A stretch of 64,000 nt of DNA from an uncultured Candidatus Rokubacteria bacterium (GTDB lineage Bacteria; Methylomirabilota; Methylomirabilia; Rokubacteriales; CSP1-6), in the NCBI GenBank assembly GCA_963754315.1, contig CAVWFS010000018.1:800001-864000 (forward strand). Reading direction: 5' to 3'. Shown here one piece after another: positions 22,157 through 34,228 of the stretch. Both the position numbers and the translations under genes were made by a program. Numbering within the stretch: the stretch's first letter is position 1; each line of letters begins with the position of its first letter. The notes under the pieces are model-generated. The model was given only the letters and a program-made list of their open reading frames with translations. It was not told the DNA's origin and did no database searches.

Positions 22157-23509
22157 ATGGAGGGCCCGGCTCCGGCCCCCCGACTCTCCTGGGCGCTCCG
22201 GGCTCCCGGACATCTGCGCTGGGGTCTGATGGTGATCGTGGCCGCCTGGCTGGTGGCGGGGGTGGCCGCCCAGAGCGGCTCGATGGTGGCGACCCTCACG
22301 ATCGATGGCGTGATCAGTCCCGTCACCGTCCGGCTGGTCGAGGCGGCCATCGAGCGGGCGCGCGCAGACGGCGCGCGCGCCCTCGTGATCCAGCTCGACA
22401 CGCCGGGCGGGCTCGAGAAGTCGATGCGGCTGATCGCCCAGCGCATCCTCAACGCGGAGGTACCCGTTGTGGTGTACGTGGCCCCGACGGGGGCGCGCGC
22501 GGCCTCGGCGGGCGTGTTCATCACGCTGGCTGCCCACGTGGCGGCCATGGCCCCTGCCACCAACATTGGCGCTGCCCACCCGGTGGCCATGGGTGGTAAT
22601 GCGGACAAGGAGAGCCTGCGCAAGATCGCCAACGATGCCGCCGCCTTCATTCGGACCATCGCCGCCGAACGCGGGCGCAACGCCGACTGGGCAGAGAAGG
22701 CGGTGCGCGAGTCGGTGTCGATCACCGAACGGGAGGCCCTGCGCCTTCGGGTGATCGACGTGGTGGCCGAGTCGCTGCCGGACCTCCTGGAGAAGATCGA
22801 CGGGCGAACGGTCAAGACCAGCAAGGGGCCGGTGACCTTGGCCACCCGAGGGGCGGTGACGAGACCAATCGAGATCGGCTATCGCGACCGGTTCCTCGCC
22901 ATCATCAGCGATCCCAACGTGGCGTACGTCCTCATGATGCTCGGGGTGCTCGGCCTCTTCTTCGAGCTCTCCAACCCGGGTGTGATCGCACCCGGGGTGA
23001 TCGGGGGCATCTCGCTCATCCTGGCCTTCTATGCCTTCCAGAGCTTGCCCATCAACTTTGCGGGGCTCCTGCTCATCGGCCTCGGCGTGGTCCTCCTGGT
23101 GGCGGAGATCAAGATTGTCAGCCATGGCGTGCTCGCCATCGGCGGCGTCATTGCCATGGCGCTCGGCTCCGTCATGCTGTTTGATGCTCCCGAGGTCAGC
23201 TTCCGGATCTCATGGTGGCTCCTCGTGGTGACCGTGGCCGTGGTGGCGGGGACGTTCGTGGTGACCATGACCGCGGGTGCCCGAGCGCTGCGGCGGCCGC
23301 CGATGCTGGGATCGGCGAGCATGATCGGCACGACTGGCGTGACGCGTGGGCGGCTGGATCCCGTCGGGCCAGTCCACATCCGCGGCGAGATCTGGCGGGC
23401 GGTGACCCCGGGTCCTGCGGTCGAGGAGGGGCAATCTGTGCGCGTGGTGGGGGTGGAGGGCCTCACCCTCAAAGTGGTGAAGGCAGACGAGGAGGGAGGC
23501 GCGGTATGA
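22157..23509 (+). CDS. nfeD: NfeD long form (ClpP-like serine protease domain, TM region, OB fold)
   Basis: [29 protein letters not shown]; start approximate. Confidence 0.9.
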   Translation: MEGPAPAPRLSWALRAPGHLRWGLMVIVAAWLVAGVAAQSGSMVATLTIDGVISPVTVRLVEAAIERARADGARALVIQLDTPGGLEKSMRLIAQRILNAEVPVVVYVAPTGARAASAGVFITLAAHVAAMAPATNIGAAHPVAMGGNADKESLRKIANDAAAFIRTIAAERGRNADWAEKAVRESVSITEREALRLRVIDVVAESLPDLLEKIDGRTVKTSKGPVTLATRGAVTRPIEIGYRDRFLAIISDPNVAYVLMMLGVLGLFFELSNPGVIAPGVIGGISLILAFYAFQSLPINFAGLLLIGLGVVLLVAEIKIVSHGVLAIGGVIAMALGSVMLFDAPEVSFRISWWLLVVTVAVVAGTFVVTMTAGARALRRPPMLGSASMIGTTGVTRGRLDPVGPVHIRGEIWRAVTPGPAVEEGQSVRVVGVEGLTLKVVKADEEGGAV

Positions 23510-24333
23510 GCGGCCTGGTCAGTCTGGAATCCGTGCTCTGGCTCTTCGGTCTCGGCGCGCTCCTGTTCGTCTTCTCCTCGATGGTCCGCGTCCTTCGCGA
23601 GTACGAGCGGGCCGTCATCTTTCGTCTCGGCCGCAGTGCCCGGGCCATCTTCAATTTGGGCGGGCAGGGCAATGGACCCGGCGTGGTCTTCTTGCTGCCG
23701 CTGATAGACCGCATGGTCAAGGTGAGCCTGCAGACGGTCGCTCTCGACGTGCCGCCGCAGGACGTCATCACCCGCGACAATGTCTCCATCAAGGTGAGCG
23801 CGGTGATCTATTTCCGCGTGATCGACCCGGAGCGGGCCGTGATCGCGGTGCAAGACTATCTCTACGCGACGTCCCAGATCTCGCAGACCACCCTGCGCAG
23901 CGTGCTGGGCCAGGTCGAGCTGGACGACCTTCTCTCCGCGCGCGACAAGATCAACCAGCAGCTACAGCGGATCATCGACGAGCACACCGAGCCCTGGGGC
24001 ATCAAGGTGGCGACGGTCGAGGTCAAGCAGATCGATCTTCCTCAGGATATGCAGCGGGCGATGGCCAAGCAGGCAGAGGCCGAGCGCGAACGCCGGGCCA
24101 AGGTCATCAACGCCGACGGCGAGTTTCAGGCGGCGGCCAAGCTGTCGGAGGCGGCCGAGGTTCTGACCCGTTTCCCGGTGGCCATCCAGCTTCGCTTCAT
24201 GCAGACCATGCGCGAGATCGCTTCGGAGCGGAGCACGACGACGTTCTTCCCGATCCCCATCGAACTGTTCGGGCCGCTCCTCAACGCTATGAACGCCGGC
24301 CGCCCGCCGTCGGGCTCAACACAGGCGCCGTGA
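23506..24333 (+). CDS. Slipin/stomatin (SPFH domain) protein
   Basis: [42 protein letters not shown]; canonical nfeD partner. Confidence 0.92.
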   Translation: MSGLVSLESVLWLFGLGALLFVFSSMVRVLREYERAVIFRLGRSARAIFNLGGQGNGPGVVFLLPLIDRMVKVSLQTVALDVPPQDVITRDNVSIKVSAVIYFRVIDPERAVIAVQDYLYATSQISQTTLRSVLGQVELDDLLSARDKINQQLQRIIDEHTEPWGIKVATVEVKQIDLPQDMQRAMAKQAEAERERRAKVINADGEFQAAAKLSEAAEVLTRFPVAIQLRFMQTMREIASERSTTTFFPIPIELFGPLLNAMNAGRPPSGSTQAP

Positions 24334-24349
24334 GGGCGTGCCGAGGCGA

Positions 24350-24378
24350 TTGTCAGGCGGCGACCGCTTGGGTAGACT
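24350..24378 (+). promoter_or_regulatory. sigma70-type promoter for tRNA-Ala
   Basis: TTGTCA-N17-TAGACT. Confidence 0.6.
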
Positions 24379-24395
24379 ACGGACGTTGCCCTGAC

Positions 24396-24471
24396 GGGGG
24401 GTTAGCTCAGTTGGGAGAGCGCGGCGTTCGCAACGCCGAGGTCGAGGGTTCGAATCCCTTACCCTCCACCA
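24396..24471 (+). tRNA. tRNA-Ala(CGC)
   Basis: Acceptor GGGGGGT/ACCCTCC with G3.U70, anticodon arm CGGCG-TTCGCAA-CGCCG, GGTTCGAATCC T-arm, encoded CCA. Confidence 0.97.
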
Positions 24472-24598
24472 CCTACTAGATCATCTGTCCCTGGCCATAG
24501 TGCGACGACTGGCGCATGAAGAATGCCTACCTGCACGGCATGCTGGTCATGAAAACGGTGGCCGGACAGTGCGCCACGCATCCATCACGAGTCTGTTT

Positions 24599-24835
24599 CT
24601 ACGGCGTCGAACCGGATCTCGGGCCGACCCACGTGGTCGCTGGACTGGTCGCGCTTGCGATACGCGTAAGCCACGGTGCCAGGTCGTCGATGCGCCGGTG
24701 GCCGCACCGCGGGCACACCGAGAAGCCCTGGTCGAGTACGATCTCGCAGGAAACGCATATCCGCGCCCGTGCCAAGGGGATGAAGCAAAGGCCGTGAACC
24801 ACTGATTCTCCGTCGTACTCATAGACCATGGGCAT
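24599..24835 (-). CDS. Small hypothetical zinc-ribbon protein (78 aa)
   Basis: GGGAGAAG RBS then MPMVYEYDG..ICVSCE..VCPRCG. Confidence 0.6.
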   Translation of the reverse strand: MPMVYEYDGESVVHGLCFIPLARARICVSCEIVLDQGFSVCPRCGHRRIDDLAPWLTRIASATSPATTWVGPRSGSTP

Positions 24836-24950
24836 GGTTCTTCTCCCGGCCCGTCCGACGTTCCGGGGTAGGGCGCCGCGCGGGGTGCGGCCGCGGGGGA
24901 TGCCACACGACGCTGCCTCGCGCGCTAGAAGATGCCCGGAGTGAGAGCGA

Positions 24951-25067
24951 TCAGGATTTCTTGCCGGCCGGCCTCGGGGGACATGCCTTGTGATACCAGG
25001 TACTGCCAAGCTTGATGTGATTGCCGTTCTTGCGGATCCGCAGCTTGCAGTGAGGACAGGTTCCCAT
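24951..25067 (-). CDS. Very small basic CxxC..HxxC protein (38 aa)
   Basis: GAGAGG directly upstream; MGTCPHCKLRIRKNGNHIKLGSTWYHKACPPRPAGKKS. Confidence 0.55.
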   Translation of the reverse strand: MGTCPHCKLRIRKNGNHIKLGSTWYHKACPPRPAGKKS

Positions 25068-25171
25068 CCTCTCACCCCCGTTCCTGATGCGTCTCGCCGA
25101 GCGCTCGAGTGCCCCCGGCAAGGGTTCATAGTATAGCAAGGCCAAAACGTCGCATCCGCTTGGAGGCGCAT

Positions 25172-25507
25172 GTGCCTGATTGCCTGTTTTGTCGGATCGC
25201 GGCCCACGAGAATCCTGCCGACGTGGTCTACGAGGATGAGGCCGTGATCGCCTTTAAGGACATCTACCCGAAGGCACCCGTGCACTTTCTGATCGTCCCC
25301 AAGCGGCACGTCGCGTCCATCATGGATCTCGAGCCGGCCGACGCGGAGCTGATTGGCCGCTGCTTTCTGGTGGCGCGTCAGCTAGGAGAGCTTACCGGCT
25401 TCGCGCAGCGAGGCTATCGAATCAGCGTGAACTGCGGCCCTGAGGGGGGCCAGGTCGTCTACCACATTCATTTTCACTTCACGGCGGGCCGTCATCGCGT
25501 CGGGTAG
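25172..25507 (+). CDS. HIT family nucleotide-binding protein (HinT-like)
   Basis: DCLFCRI, FKDIYPKAPVHFLIVPK, GQVVYHIHFH; GTG after GGAGG. Confidence 0.92.
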   Translation: MPDCLFCRIAAHENPADVVYEDEAVIAFKDIYPKAPVHFLIVPKRHVASIMDLEPADAELIGRCFLVARQLGELTGFAQRGYRISVNCGPEGGQVVYHIHFHFTAGRHRVG

Positions 25508-25550
25508 TGACGGCGGCGTGCCGCGCACCCAGGTACTGGCCCAAAAGCGG

Positions 25551-25584
25551 AAGGGCCCCAGGGAGATCCCCTGGGGCCCTTTTT
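25551..25584. terminator. Intrinsic terminator between convergent genes (likely bidirectional)
   Basis: 13-bp stem AAGGGCCCCAGGG/CCCTGGGGCCCTT followed by a T-run. Confidence 0.85.
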
Positions 25585-25602
25585 GACGTCGACTTCTACG
25601 AC

Positions 25603-26857
25603 TTACTTCAGGGCGGAGATGGCAGCGTCAGCCTTCTCCTTCGCCGTCTTCATGTCGCCGGCCTTGCAAGCCGCCTCGGCGTCCTTGACCATACCGGCGA
25701 TCTTGCTCAGGTCCGTCGCGCCGCTGGGAGCACCAGCCGACGACCGCGGGGCCTGCACATCCTGACCGCGAGGAGCCTGGACATCCTGGCCACGCGGCGC
25801 CTGCACGTTCTGACCACGCGGGGCCTGCACATCCTGACCACGAGGAGCCTGGACATCCTGGCCACGCGGCGCCTGCACATCCTGACCACGCGGGGCCTGC
25901 ACATCCTGACCACGAGGAGCCTGGCACATCCTGACCACGAGGAGCCTGGACATCCTGGCCACGCGGGGCCTGCACATCCTGACCGCGAGGAGCCTGGACA
26001 TCCTGGCCACGCGGGGCCTGCACATCCTGACCGCGAGGAGCCTGGACATCCTGGCCACGCGGGGCCTGCACATCCTGACCGCGAGGAGCCTGGACATCCT
26101 GGCCACGCGGGGCCTGCACATCCTGACCGCGAGGAGCCTGGACATCCTGGCCACGCGGGGCCTGCACATCCTGACCGCGAGGAGCCTGGACATCCTGGCC
26201 ACGCGGCGCTTGCACATCTTGGCTACGCGCACCCGCGAGCGACCGTGGGGCCTGGATATCCTGGCCACGCGGCGCCTGAATGTTCTGCCCACGCGGCGCT
26301 TGCACATCCTGACCGCGAGGAGCCTGGACATCCTGGCCACGCGGCGCTTGCACATCCTGACCGCGAGGAGCCTGGACATCCTGGCCACGCGGCGCTTGCA
26401 CATCCTGACCGCGAGGAGCCTGGACATCCTGGCCACGCGGCGCTTGCACATCCTGACCGCGAGGAGCCTGGACATCCTGGCCACGCGGCGCCTGCACATC
26501 CTGACCGCGAGGAGCCTGGACATCCTGGCCACGCGGCGCCTGGACATCTTGGCTACGGGCGCCTGCTAGAGACCGTGGGGCCTGGACATCCTGGCCACGC
26601 GGCCTGCACTGCACGCGGGCCTGCACATCCTGACCGCGAGGGGCCTGCACATCCTGACCACGAGGGGCCTGCACGTCCTGGCTACGGGCGCCGGCCAGCG
26701 ACCGCGGGGCCTGGACGTCCTGCCCGCGTGCGATGCCGCCCTTCTTGGCCAGCATTTCCTTCGCCTTTGCGACCTCCGGTGGGCAGGCAGCCTCACCCAC
26801 GGGAACAAAGGCAACCATCACCGCCACACTCATGACCGCTGCAAAGAATCTCTTCAT
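25603..26857 (-). CDS. Secreted protein with ~38 (G/S)QDVQAPR octapeptide repeats (~417 aa after correcting one +1 insertion near 25925)
   Basis: GAGG RBS; signal peptide MKRFFAAVMSVAVMVAFVPVGEA; most repeat variation is synonymous in this frame; non-repeat C-terminus ..AEAACKAGDMKTAKEKADAAISALK*. Confidence 0.85.
25744..26725 (-). repeat. 24-bp coding tandem repeat with 48-bp higher-order period, interrupted by three SLAGAR linkers
   Basis: Directly visible, e.g. GAGGAGCCTGGACATCCTGGCCACGCGGGGCCTGCACATCCTGACCGC repeated on the + strand. Confidence 0.97.
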
Positions 26858-26988
26858 AATCGACCTCACGACGTCTCTTGGGTGAACTGCAATGACTCCG
26901 CCTCCGTTGACCTCTGGAGCATCAAGTCCAGCCTGTCGCCTCCCGGCACGCTTCTGCCTCCTTGCAACATTGCTTGCCCTGTGATTAG

Positions 26989-27004
26989 GCAAAGAGAGTG
27001 CCAA
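26989..27004 (-). promoter_or_regulatory. sigma54 (-24/-12) promoter for the repeat protein
   Basis: Minus strand TTGGCAC-TCTCT-TTGC, an exact TGGCAC-N5-TTGC match, ~130 nt upstream of the ATG. Confidence 0.75.
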
Positions 27005-27199
27005 GGACCCAGGTAGGGTATAAGCTGTCTAAAAAGATTGAAGTTTATGGATGTTTACCAAGCTGACACGGGACGCCATGCCCGGAGGCGCCGTTGCCGT
27101 CAGCCCGGCATTCTGCCCGTGTCGGTTCGATGACCCCGACCTCCTTCCGAGTAGAGGCTGCGCTGTCCTGACGTTTCGTGTCATTATCGGTCCGCACGG

Positions 27200-27904
27200 A
27201 TGTTTCCGCTGAAGGACGACCTGCCGAGCCGGACGTTTCCGATCAGCACGGCATCCTTGATAGCAGTCAATCTAGCTGTCTTCCTCTATCAAGCTCTCCT
27301 CCACCTCGGGGCAAGCCAAGTTGATCCTGGGGCGAGCGAGGAGTTCGTCCTCGAGTTCGGTCTTGTCCCCTGTCGGCTGGTCCGCTCCTGTGGCTCACCG
27401 ATGGAGTTCCCGCCCCCCATGCTGACGGTGCTCTCGTCAATGTTCCTACACGGCGGGTTGTTGCATGTCGCGGGGAACATGCTCTATCTCTGGATCTTCG
27501 GGAACAATGTCGAGGATACCATCGGCCACGGACGCTTTCTGGCCTTCTACTTCATGGCTGGGGCGGTGGCCGCCCTTACCCAGATTGCCTCTCACCCCGA
27601 GTCGCCCATTCCGATCGTGGGCGCGAGCGGAGCGGTAGCGGGAGTGCTTGGCGCATACCTACTCCTCTTTCCCCGTGCCACTATTCTGACGTTACTCGTC
27701 ATCGGATTCTTCATTCGGCTCGTGCACATGCCTGCCCTCGTCGTACTAGGCTTTTGGTTCGTCATGCAATTCCTGAGCGGGTTCCTGGCGAGGTCCCTGG
27801 CAGAGGTCTCGGACGGGGTCGCGTGGTTTGCCCACATCGGCGGCTTCCTCTCGGGCATGGTCCTCCTAATTCTCCTGCGACCGCGGCGGTTGGCGCGCCT
27901 ATAA
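27200..27904 (+). CDS. Rhomboid family intramembrane serine protease
   Basis: SMFLHGG..HVAGNMLYLWIFG, GASGA, AWFAHIGGF. Confidence 0.93.
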   Translation: MFPLKDDLPSRTFPISTASLIAVNLAVFLYQALLHLGASQVDPGASEEFVLEFGLVPCRLVRSCGSPMEFPPPMLTVLSSMFLHGGLLHVAGNMLYLWIFGNNVEDTIGHGRFLAFYFMAGAVAALTQIASHPESPIPIVGASGAVAGVLGAYLLLFPRATILTLLVIGFFIRLVHMPALVVLGFWFVMQFLSGFLARSLAEVSDGVAWFAHIGGFLSGMVLLILLRPRRLARL

Positions 27905-27911
27905 TTCCAGC

Positions 27912-28703
27912 ATGCCGCAGCGCGTCCGGATCGATCGTCTGCTCGTCGAGCGGGGTATGATTCCTAGCCGCGAGCGGGCCTCCCGCCGGATCATGGCCGG
28001 CGAGGTGCTTGTCGACGGGCAGCGTGTTGACAAGGTGGGTGCGCTGGTGGCGCCGACCGCCTTCATCGAGCTGGTCGGCCGTCAGCGCTTCGTGAGCCGA
28101 GGAGGCGACAAGCTGGCCCACGCCCTCGAGCACTTCGGGGTCGATGTGAAGGGGCAGGTGTGTCTCGACGTGGGAGCTTCCACGGGAGGATTCACCGATT
28201 GCCTGCTCCAGAAGGGTGCGGTCCGCGTGTACGCGGTAGACGTTGGGACAGCCCAACTCGACGGACGCCTGCGGGCCGACGAGCGCGTGATCGTCATGGA
28301 GAACACCAACGCGCGGACCCTCGATCGTCGGCTCTTCGAGGAGGCGCCTTTCCTGGCCGTGGTCGACGTGGCGTTCATCTCTCTGGAAAGAATCCTCCCG
28401 GCCGTCTTTGGGGTTCTCGCCTCGCGCGGGCAGACCATTGCCCTCGTCAAGCCACAGTTCGAGGTGGGACGGGGGGCCGTCGGCAAGGGCGGGGTGGTGC
28501 GCGACCCTGCCCAGCATCGGGCCGTCGTCGCGCGCCTGGCCCGCTACTCGATCCTTCGCGGCTGGCACGTGCTGGGGGTGACGCCCTCGCCCCTGCGCGG
28601 GCCCAAGGGTAACCGCGAGTTCTTTTTGCATTTGTCCACGCACGGGCGGACGGCAGGGAACCTCGAAACTCTCATCGAGCAGAGCGTGGAAGCGCTGGCA
28701 TGA
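27912..28703 (+). CDS. tlyA: TlyA family rRNA 2'-O-methyltransferase
   Basis: S4-like N-terminus, FVSRGGDKL, DVGASTGGFTD, KPQFE, GPKGNREF. Confidence 0.93.
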   Translation: MPQRVRIDRLLVERGMIPSRERASRRIMAGEVLVDGQRVDKVGALVAPTAFIELVGRQRFVSRGGDKLAHALEHFGVDVKGQVCLDVGASTGGFTDCLLQKGAVRVYAVDVGTAQLDGRLRADERVIVMENTNARTLDRRLFEEAPFLAVVDVAFISLERILPAVFGVLASRGQTIALVKPQFEVGRGAVGKGGVVRDPAQHRAVVARLARYSILRGWHVLGVTPSPLRGPKGNREFFLHLSTHGRTAGNLETLIEQSVEALA

Positions 28704-29557
28704 AGCGCGTGGGCATCGTGGCGAAAGTGGATGCGGCGGAAGCGCCGGCCGCCTTGGCCCGCCTCGTCGACTGGCTCACTGAGCGGGGTATTGGGGTGGC
28801 CCTCGACAAGGAGACGGGGGCACTGGTGGACAGCGCCACGGTGCCGACTGTCCGCCGGGAGGACCTTCCGGGCCAGGTCGATCTGCTCATTGTGCTTGGG
28901 GGCGACGGCACCCTGCTCTCCATGGCGCGTGCCGTGGGCGAGCTCGGGGTGCCCATCCTGGGCGTGAATCTGGGGGGTCTGGGCTTCCTCACCGCCACGA
29001 CTCGCGACGAGATGATTGCCGCCGTGGAAGCCATGCTGGCGAACGGGATGACCATCGAGGAACGTATGCTCCTCGCCGTGCGTGTTCGGCGGCGTGGTGA
29101 ATGGCTGGCCGAGCACAGCGCCCTCAATGACGCCGTCATCCTCAAGTCGGCCATGAGTCGCATCATCAACCTGTCGGTGTCCGTGGAGGGACGCTACGCC
29201 ACCGCGTACCGGGCAGACGGCCTGATCATCTCCACCCCGACCGGCTCCACCGCCTATTCGCTCTCGGCAGGGGGGCCGATTCTCTTTCCGTTGATGGACG
29301 CCGTACTCTTGACGCCGGTGTGCTCGCACACGCTCACCAATCGGCCCATCGTCCTTCCCGGGCACGACCGCATCGCGGTCACCCTCCGCGGCGCGTCCCA
29401 GGTCATGTTGACCGTCGACGGCCAGGTGGGATTCGAGCTGGAGGAAAACGACACGGTCGAGGTCAGACAGGCGGCGTCTCGCATCCGGCTCGTCCGGTTT
29501 CCCCACAAGGACTTCTTCTCGGTGCTGCGGACGAAACTCAAGTGGGGTGAGCGCTAG
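28700..29557 (+). CDS. nadK: NAD kinase
   Basis: GGDGT, NLGGLGFL, LND, STPTGSTAYSLSAGGP. Confidence 0.95.
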   Translation: MKRVGIVAKVDAAEAPAALARLVDWLTERGIGVALDKETGALVDSATVPTVRREDLPGQVDLLIVLGGDGTLLSMARAVGELGVPILGVNLGGLGFLTATTRDEMIAAVEAMLANGMTIEERMLLAVRVRRRGEWLAEHSALNDAVILKSAMSRIINLSVSVEGRYATAYRADGLIISTPTGSTAYSLSAGGPILFPLMDAVLLTPVCSHTLTNRPIVLPGHDRIAVTLRGASQVMLTVDGQVGFELEENDTVEVRQAASRIRLVRFPHKDFFSVLRTKLKWGER

Positions 29558-29579
29558 CCCGTCTCGCGCGAGATACGCG

Positions 29580-29607
29580 TTGAGCCCCGGGGGGACGCGG
29601 CTAGCAT
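29580..29607 (+). promoter_or_regulatory. Putative promoter giving a leaderless recN transcript
   Basis: TTGAGC-N16-TAGCAT-N6-ATG; no SD. Confidence 0.5.
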
Positions 29608-29613
29608 CGGCTG

Positions 29614-31284
29614 ATGCTCCGCGAACTGCGCGTTCGTAACTTAGCGGTGATCGAGAACGTCACCGTGACGTTCGAGGCTGGCCTCAATGTGCTGAGTGGC
29701 GAGACGGGAGCCGGCAAGTCGATCCTCGTCGATGCTGTCTTGCTCCTGTGCGGCGGTCGCGCCCAGGCCGACGTCATCCGGGCCGAGGCCGAGGCGGCGC
29801 TCATCGAAGGGCTGTTCGAGGTCGAGACCGAGAGCGCGGCCGGGCAGATCCTGAGCGAAGCGGGCCTTGCCACCGACGACGGACAGATCGTCGTCCGTCG
29901 AGAGCTGGCGCGTTCCGGACGTCATCGCGCGTTCGTCAACGATTCGCCGGTGACGGTGGCTCTCCTCGAGAGCGTGGGGGACTCCCTCCTCGAGGTACAC
30001 GGCCAGCACGAGCATCAAGCGCTTTTGCAGTCGGGACAGCAACTCGCTCTCCTCGACCGTTTCGCGGGTACGGACGAGCAGGCAAGCCGGGTCGCTGGTC
30101 TGCACAGCAAGCATCGTACGGCGCGTGAGGAACTAGAGCGAACGCGGGCGGTCGAGCGCGATCGGGCGCAGCGGGAAGACCTGCTGCGATTTCAGGTGGG
30201 CGAGCTCGACGCGGCCCGCCTCCGGCCCGGCGAGGAGGAGGAGTTGCGGGTGGAGCGTCGCCGCCTGCAATCGGCCGAGCGGTTGCTGAACGGACTGACG
30301 GAGGTCGAGGGACAGCTCGACGACGATCGCGACTCGGCCCTTGCCCGGCTTGCCCGTGCCGCCCGGGGACTCCGAGATCTCGGTCGAATCGATCCCGCGT
30401 TCGCGGCGCCGGCCGACACCTTGGACTCCGCCAGCGTGCTGCTGGACGAGACCTTGCGAGCGGTGCGCGCCCTGCGCGCCGCGACCACCGAAGAACCCGG
30501 TCGCCTGGAGGCGATCGAGGAGCGGCTGGATGCCCTCGCTCGGCTCAAACGGAAGTACGGCGATAGCGAGGCGGCCATGCTCGCCTTCCGTGGCACGGCC
30601 GGCCATGAGCTGGAACGGCTGGCACGGCACGACGAGGTCGTCATGGAGCAGGAGCGATTGCTGAATCAGGTCGAGGCGGAGCTGATGGCGGTGGCGACCG
30701 AACTGTCCGCGCGGCGGGAGGTCGCCGCGCGGCGACTGCAAGCTTTGGTGGAGCGTGAGATTCGGATCCTCGGCATGAACCGCGGTGTCTTCCGGGTGAC
30801 CCTCGAGCGGGCCGGCCTCAGTGGGATCACCCCCCGCGGCTGGGACCGCGTGGAGTTCCGACTCTCCGCGAATCCCGGCGAGGCGCCCAAGGCCCTGGCG
30901 CGGGCGGCGTCGGGCGGCGAACTGTCGCGCGTGATGCTTGCCGTACGTGCGGTCCTGGCCGCTGCCGACGAAGTCCCGAGCGTGATCTTCGACGAGGTAG
31001 ACGCCGGCATCGGAGGACAGACGGCCGGTGTGGTCGGCGACCGGCTGGCGGCGGTCGCCGCCCGGCGGCAGGTCCTGTGCGTGACCCACCTGGCCCAGAT
31101 CGCGGCTCGAGCCGGCCACCACGTGCGGATCACCAAGAGCGTTCAGGGCCGGCGCTCGCGGGCGAGCGTGGAGACGTTGCGGGGCGAACCCCGAGTGGCG
31201 GAGATCGCGCGCATGCTGGGCGGGGAGACCAAGGCCGGCCTCGAACACGCGCGCGAACTGCTGGCGGAAACCCGCCGAAGCTGA
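29614..31284 (+). CDS. recN: DNA repair protein RecN
   Basis: [43 protein letters not shown]. Confidence 0.95.
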   Translation: MLRELRVRNLAVIENVTVTFEAGLNVLSGETGAGKSILVDAVLLLCGGRAQADVIRAEAEAALIEGLFEVETESAAGQILSEAGLATDDGQIVVRRELARSGRHRAFVNDSPVTVALLESVGDSLLEVHGQHEHQALLQSGQQLALLDRFAGTDEQASRVAGLHSKHRTAREELERTRAVERDRAQREDLLRFQVGELDAARLRPGEEEELRVERRRLQSAERLLNGLTEVEGQLDDDRDSALARLARAARGLRDLGRIDPAFAAPADTLDSASVLLDETLRAVRALRAATTEEPGRLEAIEERLDALARLKRKYGDSEAAMLAFRGTAGHELERLARHDEVVMEQERLLNQVEAELMAVATELSARREVAARRLQALVEREIRILGMNRGVFRVTLERAGLSGITPRGWDRVEFRLSANPGEAPKALARAASGGELSRVMLAVRAVLAAADEVPSVIFDEVDAGIGGQTAGVVGDRLAAVAARRQVLCVTHLAQIAARAGHHVRITKSVQGRRSRASVETLRGEPRVAEIARMLGGETKAGLEHARELLAETRRS

Positions 31285-31337
31285 GAGTGTCGCCGTCCGC
31301 GGGTTTGCCCGCGAGGACCCGGTATAATGACAGGGAC

Positions 31338-34136
<2,799 letters not shown>

Positions 34137-34168
34137 AGGCCCATATCTAGAGCCTAGCCGTCGGTCGT

Positions 34169-34192
34169 AGCACTAGGGATAGTGCTTTTTTT
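34169..34192 (+). terminator. Possible intrinsic terminator after secA
   Basis: AGCACTA-GGGA-TAGTGCT followed by TTTTTT. Confidence 0.6.
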
Positions 34193-34228
34193 CTAGGGTT
34201 TGAGCATGGGGCCGTGCTACATAACCTC

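Noticed and set aside
24516..24797. Plus-strand 93-aa ORF
   Set aside because: No recognisable motif or clear RBS; overlaps the better-supported minus-strand zinc-ribbon gene
25507..26835. Plus-strand His/Pro-rich repeat ORF (PGHPGHAGPAHPDREE) as a metal-binding protein
   Set aside because: It runs through a terminator and has no RBS; repeat variation is synonymous in the minus GQDVQAPR frame, which also has the signal peptide and promoter
26944..26957. Plus-strand sigma54-like CGGCACGCTTCTGC
   Set aside because: GG to GC spacing is 9 nt rather than the required 10
24396..27200. Integrative element inserted at tRNA-Ala
   Set aside because: No integrase and no duplicated tRNA 3' end seen; flanking genes are ordinary
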